Positions 28,698 to 40,079 are shown, counted from the first letter of the stretch. The stretch: 64,000 bases of DNA from an uncultured Chloroflexia bacterium (GCA_963768655.1 CAVYIM010000004.1:672001-736000), one strand, 5' to 3'. The notes: a model not told the origin generated them from the sequence alone. Program-made: numbers and translations.

Positions 28698-29962
28698 CCT
28701 GGGATCTGCGACCGCCCCACACGGGCAACCCACGCCCTCGCGTCCTGTGTGTCGACGACGAACCGGTCATATTGCAGATCCTGCGCCGGCTGCTCGAGGT
28801 GCAGGGCTTCGAGCCGGTCACGTGCGGCGATCCGGTGGCCGCCATCGCGCTGTTCGACGACAGCTCGTTCGACGTCGTCATCACGGACATTCACATGCCC
28901 GGTATGGATGGCCTGGCCCTGATGAAGGCTTTGCGGGAACGCCAGCCCGAACTGCCGGTCATGGTCGTGACCGGCCACGGAACGGTGGACACGGCGATCC
29001 AGGCGCTCCGCGAAGGGGCCAGCGGAATGCTGGTCAAACCTTTCACCGGCGAGGAACTGCTCGGCGAAGTGCGGCGTGCCCTCTCGGCCTCGCAGATGCG
29101 CTACGAGGCATTGCAGTACCGCTACCTCAGTCCGGTCCTGGACTCGATCGCGCTGACCCTGTCGACCGCGATCGAAGCCCGAAACCTGGAGACGGGCGAG
29201 CATTGCCGGCAGCTGGGCGTGCTTTCCGAGCGAATGGCAGCGGTTCTGGGCCGGGACGAGCGGCAACGTATGACCATCCGCATCGGCGGGTATCTCCACG
29301 ACATCGGCAAGATCGGCATCGCCGATGCGATCCTGCTCAAACCGGGCCGCCTCACCGACGAGGAAATGGCCGAGATGCGGCGCCACTCCGAGATCGGGGC
29401 GGCGATACTCGAGGTCCACGAAGCGATGGCCGACATTGCCCAGATCGTGCGCCATCACCACGAGCGCTGGGACGGCATGGGCTACCCGGACGGGCTCGCC
29501 GGGACCGCCATCCCGCTGGGCGGCCGGATCATCGCCGTCGCCGACGCCTTCAGCGCCATGACAAGCGATCGCATCTATCGACCGAAGATGTCGATGGATC
29601 GGGCCTGGGCCGAGCTGCGAGCCCACTGCGGCACACAGTTCGATCCCGAGATCGTCGCCGCCTTCGGGCAGGTCGTCGACGAGGCGGGTCGCATCAGGAC
29701 CCTCGACGACTCGATCGAGCAGAGCCTTCAGCCGGACGTTCACGTGCCGATGTCGACGTCGAGTGACTGGCAGTCCAGGCTGGCGATGCTGCCCGTCCTC
29801 GAGCCCGTGGTCGTGACCGTCAAGGCGCGTGTCGAGGCCCTGACCGAGGCCTGCCCGGTGGCGCCGGTCGGCGAGGAGTGCGCGGTCATCGCCTCCGGCG
29901 AAGGCTGCGAGATGATCGCTCCCGTCGAGGGGGCGCAGTCGGGTCAACCGCAGGTCGCCTGA
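28694..29962 (+). CDS. Response regulator with HD-GYP phosphodiesterase domain
   Basis: REC (VDDE..TDIHMPGMDG..KPF), LHDIGK, HHERWDGMGYPDGL. Confidence 0.93.
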   Translation: MTWDLRPPHTGNPRPRVLCVDDEPVILQILRRLLEVQGFEPVTCGDPVAAIALFDDSSFDVVITDIHMPGMDGLALMKALRERQPELPVMVVTGHGTVDTAIQALREGASGMLVKPFTGEELLGEVRRALSASQMRYEALQYRYLSPVLDSIALTLSTAIEARNLETGEHCRQLGVLSERMAAVLGRDERQRMTIRIGGYLHDIGKIGIADAILLKPGRLTDEEMAEMRRHSEIGAAILEVHEAMADIAQIVRHHHERWDGMGYPDGLAGTAIPLGGRIIAVADAFSAMTSDRIYRPKMSMDRAWAELRAHCGTQFDPEIVAAFGQVVDEAGRIRTLDDSIEQSLQPDVHVPMSTSSDWQSRLAMLPVLEPVVVTVKARVEALTEACPVAPVGEECAVIASGEGCEMIAPVEGAQSGQPQVA

Positions 29963-29998
29963 CCCGAACCAGGACCGGGTACAGCTGCGCCCGGCGCG

Positions 29999-30535
29999 CT
30001 ACCGCCGGTTCCGGCTGACGATCCAGATCCCGAGCAGCACCAGCAGCGCCGGTCCGAGCAGACGGCCGGCGTCGATGTTCGTGTAGCTCGTGGCGACGTC
30101 GCTCCCGCCCCACAGGCACAGCAGAGCGCCGAGGACGACCGGCCAGCCCCAGCTCCGGCCAGCGTGGGCCCTGATCGGCACGATGGCCAGGACGCCGACC
30201 CCGAGGAATAGCGCCCCCCAGCCGTCGCCGTGGATGACTCCGGCGGTAGACAGAAGATCCGAGAGCGCGAGCGCAGTCACCAGGATGCCGACATAGAGCG
30301 CTGCGTCGTTGTGATCGCGCAGCCAGACGAGCAGCAGGACGATGCCGAGTGCCAGGAACAGCGCGGAGGCCCCGATTTCGGCGCCCTTGAACAGCTGGCC
30401 GGCGGCGAGCAGCACCCCAAAGACGATCAGGAAGACGCCGAAGAGCGGGATTCGGCTCCGCCGGCCCGGCGTGTCGGTTTCGAAGCCCCAGCTATTGATG
30501 CGAACCGCCTTGGGCGGCTGATACCTGTCGCTCAT
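29999..30535 (-). CDS. Multi-pass membrane protein (LiaF/LiaI-like TM region)
   Basis: About 6 hydrophobic segments, ending PALLVLLGIWIV. Leaderless TACTCT start. Confidence 0.65.
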   Translation of the reverse strand: MSDRYQPPKAVRINSWGFETDTPGRRSRIPLFGVFLIVFGVLLAAGQLFKGAEIGASALFLALGIVLLLVWLRDHNDAALYVGILVTALALSDLLSTAGVIHGDGWGALFLGVGVLAIVPIRAHAGRSWGWPVVLGALLCLWGGSDVATSYTNIDAGRLLGPALLVLLGIWIVSRNRR

Positions 30536-30610
30536 GACGCGAGAGTAGCAGCCGGAGCAACCTCCTGCGGGCCGCCGGCGAAGGGCCCGCGCCCGCAGGC
30601 CCGCGCCGGC

Positions 30611-31051
30611 CTACTCCAGGGCGGCGTCCAGGCTGACGGCGACGTTCCCGACCAGGGCCCGAGAGATCGGGCAGCCGTCCTTGGCCCCTTCGGCGATCGG
30701 GCGGAACCGATCGTTGTTCATGCCGGTGACTCGACCGCGCACGGTCAGCTTGCTAGACACGACGGTCCACTTGCCGTCGACGCGGTCGAAGGCGACCTCC
30801 GCCGTTACCTCCAGGCGGTCCGCCGGCGAACCGGCCTTCGCCAGATCGCTCGACAAGGCCATCGAATAGCAGCTCGCGTGGGCGGCGGCCATGAGCTCCT
30901 CGGGGCTCGTATGTCCGTCGGCGCGCTCGGTCCGCGAGGCCCACGTGACCGGCAGCGAGGTAAAGGCCTGGCTGGTGATGGCGCTGACGTGGCCGTAGCC
31001 CGTTGCGAGATCGCCGTCCCATTTCACAGTCGCGCGACGAATAGCCGCCAT
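30611..31051 (-). CDS. osmC: OsmC family peroxiredoxin
   Basis: TSPEELMAAAHASCYSMALS and CPISRAL. Confidence 0.92.
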   Translation of the reverse strand: MAAIRRATVKWDGDLATGYGHVSAITSQAFTSLPVTWASRTERADGHTSPEELMAAAHASCYSMALSSDLAKAGSPADRLEVTAEVAFDRVDGKWTVVSSKLTVRGRVTGMNNDRFRPIAEGAKDGCPISRALVGNVAVSLDAALE

Positions 31052-31147
31052 GGCGGACTCCTCATGTTGTCTGGACGAACGAATACTCTCACGCGCCGAA
31101 CCGGCAGGGCGCATACCACCCGATCGGACCGGGCGGCGGGACGGCAG

Positions 31148-32476
31148 CTACGAAACGGCAGCTCGGCGGGATACGGCTCTGGCGGCGGTCGCGGAGCGAG
31201 TCGTTCCGGATCGGCGGACGGGAACCTCGGCCGAGACTGCCCTGAACAACGCCCGCTGGGCGGTGCCCGGTGGCGGCACCAGCGAGTCCGCGTTGCCGAA
31301 CTGGAGGTAGGCGCGCAGAGCATCGGCGAAGGCGGCTACGAAGCCGGGCTCGGCGAGTGGATCGAACCCCGCCTCCCAGCCCAGGCTCAGGATCCGCACG
31401 GCCTTGTCCGCCCTGTCGATGCGCGGCTCGATCCGCCCAACGAGCCGATCGCCAAAGAGAATCGGCAGGACGTAGTAGCCCCAGCGGCGCTTCGCCGCCG
31501 GCGTGTAGACCTCCCAGCGGTACTCGAAGCCGTAGAGTGGCTCGAGAGCATCGCGGTCCCACATGATCGGGTCGAGCGGGGCCAGGAAACTGGCGCCGGC
31601 GGGGCCGTCTCCGGGGCGGGAGATGGCCCCCGTCGCCTCGGCCGCGATCTCCCGTTCCGCTTGCGCGATCAGCGGCATCTCGTCCGCCACCGCGAAGCGC
31701 TGGCCTTTGAGGCCCTCCACCGTGACGGGCGCGATCTCGCCGCGATCCACGAGCTCGGCTCGGAGCTCCGTCCGTAACGCGGCCGGTCCGATGCCGAGCC
31801 ACAGCTCGCCGCCGGACGTGCCGAGCAGGCCATGGGCGCGGAAGCGGGACAGGAGCTTGTGACGCCTCTGCTCGCGTTCCGGGACGCGTATGGCCAGGAG
31901 GTCGGAGGGGAAGAGACGTTCGACCAGGTCGTAGTAGCGGCGGTTGCCGTCGCGTCGCGCCAGCCCCAGGCGGCCGGAGACGGACAGCGCCTCGAGTACC
32001 GCTCGGACGGCCGACGTGGGTCCCCACCACCAGGCTATCGCCTCGGTGCGCTCGAAGTCGGCCGAGCTCTTGGGCCCCTCGGCCGCGATCGCCGCCAGCA
32101 GCTTGTCGGCCAGCTCGGCTTGTTCGGCCAGCAGACCGCTCGACCAGCCGGCGCCGAGCGTCGTCCATGAGATCCGGTAGTAGGGCAGCTCCCGCGTGGG
32201 CAGCAGGTTGAGCGACTTGTTGTAGGTCTCGAAGAGCAGGCGCCGGCCGTATAGCAGCTCGTCGGTCAATTCGCGCCGGTAGCCGCCGATCCGAGCCGCC
32301 AGGACCAGGTCGTGGTTCCGCCCGGCTACCTCCAGCGGGTCGAACTGGAGCGAGCCGAGGCGATCCACTACGGCCATGACGCTCTCGGGCGTGGCCGGCA
32401 GCGCCCGCGGCGGAGCGAGGAGATGGCGAATCGCGAGGAAGCGGCGTGCCACGGGGAGACTGATGTGGGTGGTCAT
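31148..32476 (-). CDS. YcaQ/AlkZ (HTH_42) family DNA crosslink repair glycosylase
   Basis: LQFDP (QxD) motif, LAPLDPIMWDR, YRWEVYTPAAKRRWGYYVLPIL. Confidence 0.9.
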   Translation of the reverse strand: MTTHISLPVARRFLAIRHLLAPPRALPATPESVMAVVDRLGSLQFDPLEVAGRNHDLVLAARIGGYRRELTDELLYGRRLLFETYNKSLNLLPTRELPYYRISWTTLGAGWSSGLLAEQAELADKLLAAIAAEGPKSSADFERTEAIAWWWGPTSAVRAVLEALSVSGRLGLARRDGNRRYYDLVERLFPSDLLAIRVPEREQRRHKLLSRFRAHGLLGTSGGELWLGIGPAALRTELRAELVDRGEIAPVTVEGLKGQRFAVADEMPLIAQAEREIAAEATGAISRPGDGPAGASFLAPLDPIMWDRDALEPLYGFEYRWEVYTPAAKRRWGYYVLPILFGDRLVGRIEPRIDRADKAVRILSLGWEAGFDPLAEPGFVAAFADALRAYLQFGNADSLVPPPGTAQRALFRAVSAEVPVRRSGTTRSATAARAVSRRAAVS

Positions 32477-32525
32477 GGTGGGATTGTGCGCGACCCCGAT
32501 GCCGACGGCTGGCGGGAATCGCCGC

Positions 32526-34637
32526 TCAGCCGCCGGCCCGGCTGGCCCTCAGCAACACTACCGACCGCGGGCCCACGCTGATCGCGGCGCCGGCCGGGCC
32601 GGCGGTCCCAGCGGCGCTCCCGAATAGCCCGCTGAATGCGTCCAGCTCGTATTCCCAGGCTCGCGGCGACCCCACGTCGGGCAACGTGAAGGTCAGCGGC
32701 TCCGACCAGCCGTTGACCAGCAAGAGCAGATCGTCGTCGAGCATGGGCCGGCCGCGCTCGTCGCGGTCCGCGTCGCGGACGCCGTCGAGGTACGCCACGA
32801 CGCTGCGCGTCCAGCCCGCCTGCCAGTCGGAGTCGGTCATGGTGGATCCAGCCGGAGTGAACCACTGGATGTCGCCCGCCATCGCCCCGGTCACGAACCG
32901 CCGGCGCCTCAGCACGTGGTGACGCCGCCTCAGCCCGACGAGCCGGCTGGTGAAGGCCAGCAGGTCCGCGTCGGCCGCCTGCCAGTCGTACCAGGAGATC
33001 TCGTTGTCCTGGCAGTAGGCATTGTTGTTGCCCCGCTGGGTGCGGCCCATCTCGTCGCCGCCGAGAAGCATCGGCACGCCCAGGCTCAGCAGCAGAGTGG
33101 CCAGGATCGCCCGCGACTGGCGCGCGCGTAGCTCCGTCACGCCGGCGTCGTCGGTCGGACCTTCGACTCCGCAGTTCCAGGAGCGGTTGTCGTCCGTGCC
33201 GTCGTTGTTCGATTCGCCGTTCGCCTCGTTGTGCTTGCGGCCGTAGCTGACCAGGTCGGCGAGTGTGAAGCCGTCGTGGCAGGTCACGTAGTTGATGGAG
33301 GCGTTGGGCCGCCGGTGCGAAGGCCCATAGAGATCCGACGAGCCGGTCAGCCGCGTCGCCAGATCCGGCAGAGTCCCCGGCAGGCCGCGCCAGAAATCAC
33401 GAGCGCTGTCGCGATACTTGCCGTTCCACTCGCTCCACATGTCCGGGAAGCGACCAAGGTCGTAGCTGTCCGGCTGGCCGATGTCCCACGGTTCGGCGAT
33501 CAGCTTCACGCGCGAGATCACGGGATCCTGCGACACGAGGTCGAAGAAGGCCGAGACGCTGTCGAACGCGCCGTGCTCGCGCGCCAGTGCGACCGCGAGG
33601 TCGAACCGGAAACCGTCGACGTGCATCTCGCTCACCCAGTACCGCAGCGAATCGATCACGAGCCGCAGGCAGACCGGGGAGTCGACGTTGAGGCTGTTGC
33701 CCGTGCCCGTCGTGTCGAAGTAGTAGCGCGGCTGGTCGGCGGTCAGGCGGTAGTAGGTCGGGTTGTCGAAGCCGCGGAACGAGAGCGTCGGGCCGAGGTG
33801 ATTGCCCTCCGCGGTGTGGTTGAAGACGACGTCGAGGACGACTTCGATGCCGGCGGCATGGAGGGCTCTGACCATTGCCTTGAACTCGGCCACCTGCCCG
33901 CCCGGCCGCCCGGCCCGGACCTCGGCCGAGTAGCCGGCGTGCGGGGCGAAGAAGCCGAGCGTGCTGTAACCCCAGTAGTTCTCAAGCCCCTTGGATCGCA
34001 GGAAGCCGTCATCGACGTGGTGGTGGACCGGCAGCAGCTCGACGGCGGTCACTCCCAGCGACCGCAGGTGGTCGAGGGCGGCCGGCGTGCCCAGGCCGGC
34101 GTACGTCCCGCGCAGAGCCTCGGGCACGCCGGGATGCCGGTAGGTGAACCCCTTGACGTGGGTTTCGTAGATGATCGTGTCGGAGTAGGGGATCGCCGGC
34201 GGTCGATCGCCGTCCCAGTCGAAACCATCCCCGAGGACCAGGCCGCGCGGCACGCACGGTGCCGAGTCGAGGTCACTGTAGCCGTCGGGGTTGCCCGGCG
34301 GGTAGCCCATGACTTCGTCGCCCCACGTGACGTTGCCGTCTATCGCCCGCGCATACGGATCGAGGAGCAGCTTGTTGGCATTGCAGCGGAGACCGCGGGC
34401 GGGTGCGTATGGCCCCACGACACGGTAGCCATAGCGCCGTCCCGCACCCACGCCGGGCACGAAGCCGTGCCAGACCCCGCCGTCTTCCTCCTGGAGCTGC
34501 AGCTGCTCCTCGTGCCCGGCCTCATCGAACAGGCACAGGACCACGCTGTCGGCGAGGTCCGAGGCAACGGCGAAGTTGGTGCCCGCCTCCGAAGGCGTCG
34601 CGCCCAACGGAAATGGCTTCCCCGGCCACAACTCCAT
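32526..34637 (-). CDS. glgX: Glycogen debranching enzyme
   Basis: [54 protein letters not shown]. Confidence 0.96.
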   Translation of the reverse strand: MELWPGKPFPLGATPSEAGTNFAVASDLADSVVLCLFDEAGHEEQLQLQEEDGGVWHGFVPGVGAGRRYGYRVVGPYAPARGLRCNANKLLLDPYARAIDGNVTWGDEVMGYPPGNPDGYSDLDSAPCVPRGLVLGDGFDWDGDRPPAIPYSDTIIYETHVKGFTYRHPGVPEALRGTYAGLGTPAALDHLRSLGVTAVELLPVHHHVDDGFLRSKGLENYWGYSTLGFFAPHAGYSAEVRAGRPGGQVAEFKAMVRALHAAGIEVVLDVVFNHTAEGNHLGPTLSFRGFDNPTYYRLTADQPRYYFDTTGTGNSLNVDSPVCLRLVIDSLRYWVSEMHVDGFRFDLAVALAREHGAFDSVSAFFDLVSQDPVISRVKLIAEPWDIGQPDSYDLGRFPDMWSEWNGKYRDSARDFWRGLPGTLPDLATRLTGSSDLYGPSHRRPNASINYVTCHDGFTLADLVSYGRKHNEANGESNNDGTDDNRSWNCGVEGPTDDAGVTELRARQSRAILATLLLSLGVPMLLGGDEMGRTQRGNNNAYCQDNEISWYDWQAADADLLAFTSRLVGLRRRHHVLRRRRFVTGAMAGDIQWFTPAGSTMTDSDWQAGWTRSVVAYLDGVRDADRDERGRPMLDDDLLLLVNGWSEPLTFTLPDVGSPRAWEYELDAFSGLFGSAAGTAGPAGAAISVGPRSVVLLRASRAGG

Positions 34638-34766
34638 CTCGAGATGACCCCCGCTGGCTGACATCGGACGGCCGTGAGGCGCCAGACTGACACACTGCGC
34701 GGCGGCGGTCCAGACAGGGCACGTCCCTGGCGAGGCTTCCGCGGCGGAGCATTTCCGCGGCCCGGC

Positions 34767-37388
34767 TCAAACGGCCGCCGGTGTCCTCTCTTCCTCGGCT
34801 TCGATCGGGATCGAGTCGACCAGGCCGGTCGTGATCGAAGCCGGTTCGGCGCCTTCATCTTTCCCTGCCTCGTCGGCCGGCGCGGCCAGCGTGGCGGCGG
34901 GGCCCATGACCGCGTCAACGGCCGCGAGCAGGGTCTCGGGCGAGAATGGCTTCGCCAGGAGCGGATCTTCGTGACGGTCGCTGTCGACGATCTCCTGCGC
35001 GTACCCGGACGCGAGCAGCACGCGCAAATCGGGTTTCGAGTTGCGCAGCCGGCGCGCCAGCTCCGGGCCCCGCATGCCGGGCATCACCACGTCCGTCAGC
35101 AGCAGATCGAACGGCTCCGGGCCGGTTTCGGCGGCGATGATCGCCTCGCCGGGATCGGCGGCGGCGGTGACGTCGAAGCCCGCCCGAACCAGGACACGCT
35201 GGGCAATCTCACGCAGCACCGGCTCGTCCTCGACCAGGAGAATGCGACCCGTTCGACGACCGACCGGGCGCGGCGCCTCCTCGCTGATCGCCGCCTCGCG
35301 CTCCGCGCTGGGAAAGAAGAGCTTGAAGGTGGTTCCCAGTCCCGGCGTCGAGTCGACCAGGACCGAGCCCTCGGACTGCTTGATGATGCCGTAGGTCGTG
35401 GCCAGGCCGAGGCCGGTTCCGCGCCCCTGGCCCTTGGTCGTGAAGAACGGCTCGAAGATGTGGTCGCGCGTCTGGGCGTCCATGCCCAGACCCGTGTCGG
35501 TGACCGAGATCACGGCATATTCGCCCGGACCGATCTCTCGCGGTCGCGAGCGATTCCCGGACGTGTACCGCTGGTGGCCGGTGCCGATGACGAGCTGTCC
35601 GCCCGACGGCATCGCATCGCGGCTGTTGAGGGCCAGGTTGAGGAGGACCTGCTCGAGCTGGGTCCGGTCCGCTCGGAGACAGCCGGCCGCCGGGTCGGGG
35701 GCGATCTTGAGCACGATCTGCTCGCCGATCAGGCGCCGCAGCATCGACTCGAGCCCGCCGATGACTTCGTTCACGTCCAGGACCTGAGGCTGGAGGATCT
35801 GGCGTCGGCTGAAGGCCAGGAGCTGCTGGGTCAAGCCCGCCGCGCGCTCGGCCGCGTCCCGGATTCCAACCACATACTCGCTGACGTCGGTCCCGGGCGG
35901 CTCGTCAAGTGAGAGGTCGGCATAGCCGATCACGGCCGTCAGGATGTTGTTGAAGTCGTGGGCGATGCCGCCCGCCAGGCGGCCGATCGATTCGAGCTTG
36001 CGAGCCTCGAAGAGCTGGGCCTCCAGCAGCTCGACCTCGCTCGTGTCCTCCATGAGCGAGATGGCGCCACGAACCTTGCCGAGGTCGTCCCGGATCGGGG
36101 CGAAGTGGGCGCGGACCCTGATGACCTGGCCGTCCTTCGTCTGACACGGTAGCTCCTGCACCGCCATCGATTTGCCGGCCAGGACTCGCGGTACCAGCAT
36201 CCGGTTGGCGTCCTCGGCCGTGAGGATGGGCAGCCGCCGGCCCTGGGTCTCGTCGGCGCTGAAGCCGAAGAGCAGTTCCGCGGCGCGACTCCAGAACAGG
36301 ACGCGACGCTGGCGGTCGACGACGACGATCGGCAGAGGTGATGAGTCGAGGATCGCCCGCAGGGTTTCGGATGTCTCACGCAGCGCCGCCTCGAGCGTGA
36401 GGCGCCCCTGCATCGCGGCCGTCTGCTCCCCGATCAGGTCCGCCATCGTCGCGATCACCAGGGCCACGATCGCGACGCTGCCCAGGCTGATGGCCGGAAA
36501 GTCGATCTTGCCTTCGATGCCCTGGAGCGCCAGGACCGCCGGCGCGACGAGCGCCGCCGCCATCAGGGCGGCCAGCCGGCGCGGCGTAATGCGCTGCTGC
36601 TTGTTCTCGCTCGGGGCCGAGGAGATGGCGATCGACGGATGGAGAGCTGCCGCGGCCCACAGCGCGTACTGGGCGAAGTAGGCCGTCTCCGCCAGCGGGA
36701 CCTTGAGCCAGCCCGGACCGGAACCCGAGAATCCGTCGGCAATCAGGAGGGCCACGACGCTGCCGGCGAAGAGGCGCATCGCCGGCGTCCCCGCCTCGGA
36801 ATCGAGGACCAGGCACGCGACCACGCCGACGAGCGCGGTGTCGGCGACCAGATAGACGACCGAGATGGCCTGGCCCAGAGGGCTGTAGTTACCCGATGAG
36901 AGCAGAGGATCGGCGAAGGCCACCCAGACCACGAGCACCAGACCGACCGTCAGGATCCCGCCGTCGAGCAGCACCCCGAATCCAGGGCCCGGGTTTCGGC
37001 GCAGGACCAGCCTGGCGAAGCCGAGCGTGATGATCGGGTACCCGATCAGGTAGAAGAGATCGGCGACGCCCGGATATGACGCGGCGCCAGACGCATGGTA
37101 GACGGACTGGCCGGCCAGATCGCCGATCGCGAAGAACAACTGCCCGGCGGCGAGCAGCAACCACGGACCTCGGGGTTCGGGCTCGTGGAGATAGATGCCC
37201 ACCGCAACGGCCAGGACCGAGCCCGCCGAGAGGATCAGGCCGAACGGAGTCTGCAGGGCTGGGGCGACGGTCGCGGAAACGACGAACAGCGCCACAGCGG
37301 CCGAGAGATAGGCTGCCCACAGCCAGTCTCCGACGGACGAGGGCACTTGGAGCCGTCTGATCACCCGGAAAGGATCGCGCCGGCGCAC
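34767..37388 (-). CDS. Membrane-bound hybrid histidine kinase (multi-TM, PAS, HisKA, HATPase, REC)
   Basis: GGIAHDFNNIL, NLALNSRDAMP, FEPFFTTK, GTGLGLA, C-terminal receiver LLTDVVMPGM. Confidence 0.92.
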   Translation of the reverse strand: MRRRDPFRVIRRLQVPSSVGDWLWAAYLSAAVALFVVSATVAPALQTPFGLILSAGSVLAVAVGIYLHEPEPRGPWLLLAAGQLFFAIGDLAGQSVYHASGAASYPGVADLFYLIGYPIITLGFARLVLRRNPGPGFGVLLDGGILTVGLVLVVWVAFADPLLSSGNYSPLGQAISVVYLVADTALVGVVACLVLDSEAGTPAMRLFAGSVVALLIADGFSGSGPGWLKVPLAETAYFAQYALWAAAALHPSIAISSAPSENKQQRITPRRLAALMAAALVAPAVLALQGIEGKIDFPAISLGSVAIVALVIATMADLIGEQTAAMQGRLTLEAALRETSETLRAILDSSPLPIVVVDRQRRVLFWSRAAELLFGFSADETQGRRLPILTAEDANRMLVPRVLAGKSMAVQELPCQTKDGQVIRVRAHFAPIRDDLGKVRGAISLMEDTSEVELLEAQLFEARKLESIGRLAGGIAHDFNNILTAVIGYADLSLDEPPGTDVSEYVVGIRDAAERAAGLTQQLLAFSRRQILQPQVLDVNEVIGGLESMLRRLIGEQIVLKIAPDPAAGCLRADRTQLEQVLLNLALNSRDAMPSGGQLVIGTGHQRYTSGNRSRPREIGPGEYAVISVTDTGLGMDAQTRDHIFEPFFTTKGQGRGTGLGLATTYGIIKQSEGSVLVDSTPGLGTTFKLFFPSAEREAAISEEAPRPVGRRTGRILLVEDEPVLREIAQRVLVRAGFDVTAAADPGEAIIAAETGPEPFDLLLTDVVMPGMRGPELARRLRNSKPDLRVLLASGYAQEIVDSDRHEDPLLAKPFSPETLLAAVDAVMGPAATLAAPADEAGKDEGAEPASITTGLVDSIPIEAEEERTPAAV

Positions 37389-37525
37389 CAGCTCACGAAT
37401 AACCTATTTGTCCTACGTTGTTTGCAGGGTTCGCGGCGCACCGATCATAACCGGTCAAGACCTCACCGCAGCGGGCGCTGCCGGGCGCCGCCCGCGCGGT
37501 CCGCCCGCGCGACTTTCCGGCGGCG

Positions 37526-38166
37526 CTAATACCAGCCGTGCGCCTGCCAGAAGTCCCACGCGGCGCAGGCCGAGCCGTAGCGGTCGTCGACGTACCAGAT
37601 GCCCCATTTCACCTGTGTGATCGGGCTGGTGCGCCAGTTCGACCCAAACGTGGCCATCTTCGATCCAGGGAAGGCCTGCGGGATCCCGTAAGCTGACGTC
37701 ACCGTGCCGGCGCGCGGGTTCCACTGGGATTCGCGCGTGAAGATGGCATTGATGCAGCTGTACTGCCGCGCCCCGATGCGAGCCCTGACGTACGCCCGAG
37801 CCCCAGCGACCGTGTTCGCGTAGGTCACCGGCTTCGGCTCCGCCTTGGGCTGGGGTTCGCCGGCGTGGCGGTCGGGGTCGCCGTCGCGCTCGTCGTCACC
37901 GAAGAGGTGATCGGCATCATGATCGCCGAGGTGATCGGCGTCGCTGTCGCCGAAGGAGTGGCGGTGGCGGGCGCGGCCGTCCATGTGGGCAACTGGTCCC
38001 GCCAGCTGGCCTGGTCGCGCGCGCCGATCGCCAGGAGAGAGCCACTCGCAGACGGCGGACCATCCGGCGAGTCCGAGAACGCGGGCAGGACTGAGACGAC
38101 GGACCCGACGAAGACGACGGCCGTCACCAGTGCCGCAATGCCTGCCGCTCTCGGGGTAGGTTTCAA
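37526..38166 (-). pseudogene. Secreted lytic transglycosylase-like protein split by a single-base frameshift (probably a sequencing indel)
   Basis: AAGGAGG then TTG start; signal/TM segment and Thr/Pro linker in one frame; catalytic domain (FTRESQWNP..AYGIPQA..QVKWGIWYVDDRYGS..GWY) in another. One extra base near the C4 run at ~37852-37855 joins them. Confidence 0.75.
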
Positions 38167-38481
38167 GAGCCTCCTTGGGGTCCGAGTCCCGCGCCGGTGG
38201 AGACAGTGACGGTCACCGGCAGCGTGACGAGTGTGGTGGCGGACTTCGGTGTCGAGATGGCGGCGGCAGTCGGACCGCCGGCGGCCGGCAGGATAGCACG
38301 GTTCTATCGGCGAAACGATCCCGCCAGATGGGCTATGCGGGCAGACCCTCATGGGGCTCCTGCGCCGCCTGCCTTCCGCGAAATGGCGCGCCACCTCCGG
38401 CACATCGAGCCGCGGGGATGCGTCCGCTTCCGGTCAATTGTGCCGGCACAGGTCCGAAGCGGACGGGCAAGGGGGTAGCAG

Positions 38482-39837
38482 ATGAGCCGGGTTGTCGGAA
38501 TCGATCGCCAAGGGATCTCTCACTGGCGGTGGCACGCCTTCGCCCCAGGGCTCGTGGGCGCCCTCGCCATCTTCGCCGCCGCCGGCTGCGTGGGTCGTGC
38601 AGCGACCCCCACCCCGAACGCCGGCGCCATTTCATCGGCGACGGCATGGGCCATCGCGCCGGCCACCGCCTCGGTGGCGCCCACCTCGCCGCCAACGGCT
38701 ACGCCCACGCTTCAGCTGACCGCGGCGCCGACGTCTGCGCCTACGGCCGCGCCGACCGTGGCCCCATCCAAGACGCCGACCGGAACGCCCATGCCGACCG
38801 CGGTTGCCACGTCGGCCCCGTCGAAACTCCCCTTATCGGGCGCGTTCGTCCAGACCGGCTCGATGGTCTGCGGCGGCGGCGGCGAGGCGCCGACCCAGCT
38901 GGCGGACGGCCGGGTCCTCTTCACGGGCGGGTTCGGTTGCCAGCTGAAGACCAAATATCCGGTCATGCCTGTGACCACTGCCTCGGCCCAGCTGTACGAC
39001 CCCGCCGACGGCAAGTTCACGTCAACGGGATCGATGGCGAGGCCGCGCACCGGCCACACTGCTACCTTGCTTCAAGATGGACAGGTACTCGTCGCCGGTG
39101 GCGGCTTCGATGAGTACGATCCGTTCGACACCGCCGAGCTCTACGACCCCGCCACCGGCAAGTTCCGAGCGACCGGCTCCATGACCACGGTTCGCGAGGG
39201 GCACACGGCCACGCTCCTTCAGGACGGCCGTGTCCTCATCACTGGCGGATGGAAGATGGTCTGGACGCCGTCGGAAGGGCTTGAGACGCCGCTCGCCTCG
39301 GCTGAGCTGTACGACCCCCAGACCGGCAAGTTCACCGCCACGGGCTCCATGACCACGGCTCGAGAGGGGCAGACGGCCACCTTGCTTCAGGATGGCCGGG
39401 TTCTGATCGCGGGAGGGGATGCCTCGGGCGATGGCCCGACGACATCGGAGCTGTACGACCCCGCGACGGGGCTCTTCACGCCGACGCGCTCGATGCCGGC
39501 GCTCACGTACATACAGACGGCGACGCTTCTGAACGATGGCCGGGTCCTCGTGGCGGGCGGAACCGAGGCAGAGATCTTTGATCCCACGACCCAGGCCTAT
39601 GCCTCTGTCGCGTGGGTTCCGGACGCGTGCACGACTCACAGCGTGGCCCTGACAGGCACCGGCAGCGTCCTGGTGCTCGACAAATGCGGCGGGGACGCAC
39701 ACCTGTTCGACCCGACCACCGGCAAGGTGAGTCCGGCAGCCGCCAAAGTGCCCGACGAAGTGGGTCCCGGCACGGCCACACCCCTGAGCGATGGTCGCAT
39801 CCTGACCTGCGACGGCCCTGCCTGGCCCTATCTGTAG
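38482..39837 (+). CDS. Kelch/galactose-oxidase-type beta-propeller protein, probable lipoprotein
   Basis: AAAGC lipobox-like site, T/P/A linker, repeated (R.GHT)ATLLQDGRVLIAGG...AELYDPATGKF units. Confidence 0.88.
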   Translation: MSRVVGIDRQGISHWRWHAFAPGLVGALAIFAAAGCVGRAATPTPNAGAISSATAWAIAPATASVAPTSPPTATPTLQLTAAPTSAPTAAPTVAPSKTPTGTPMPTAVATSAPSKLPLSGAFVQTGSMVCGGGGEAPTQLADGRVLFTGGFGCQLKTKYPVMPVTTASAQLYDPADGKFTSTGSMARPRTGHTATLLQDGQVLVAGGGFDEYDPFDTAELYDPATGKFRATGSMTTVREGHTATLLQDGRVLITGGWKMVWTPSEGLETPLASAELYDPQTGKFTATGSMTTAREGQTATLLQDGRVLIAGGDASGDGPTTSELYDPATGLFTPTRSMPALTYIQTATLLNDGRVLVAGGTEAEIFDPTTQAYASVAWVPDACTTHSVALTGTGSVLVLDKCGGDAHLFDPTTGKVSPAAAKVPDEVGPGTATPLSDGRILTCDGPAWPYL

Positions 39838-39970
39838 CAGCGGCCGCCTCGTCCAGAGCCGCCGGGATCGCGTCGTGCGCCGGACCTCGAAGAGGGGCGT
39901 CCGCATCTGGTCACATGGCCTTGCGCCGCGCAAGATGAGCTCGGGCCGCTTCAGCCCCCCGCGTCCGCGT

Positions 39971-40012
39971 TTGACGGTTCGGCGGCTAATCCCGATAATA
40001 GGGGTCGGAATT
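39971..40012 (+). promoter_or_regulatory. sigma70-type promoter overlapped by an Rrf2/IscR-like 9-7-9 operator
   Basis: TTGACG-17-GATAAT, with AATCCCGAT-N7-GTCGGAATT (39988-40012) upstream of sufB. Confidence 0.6.
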
Positions 40013-40079
40013 CAGCACGAACTGCGGTCGAGATTCGGCGCCTCCCGCCGCCCGAACCCACGGCCGCCCAAGGAGCGCG

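Noticed and set aside
38167-38290. c-di-AMP (ydaO) riboswitch upstream of the transglycosylase
   Set aside because: The conserved GCTGAATC/GGGGAACC/GTCAGCTAAC elements were not seen.
38950-39560. Repeated ~150-bp DNA units
   Set aside because: Explained by Kelch blade repeats of the encoded beta-propeller.
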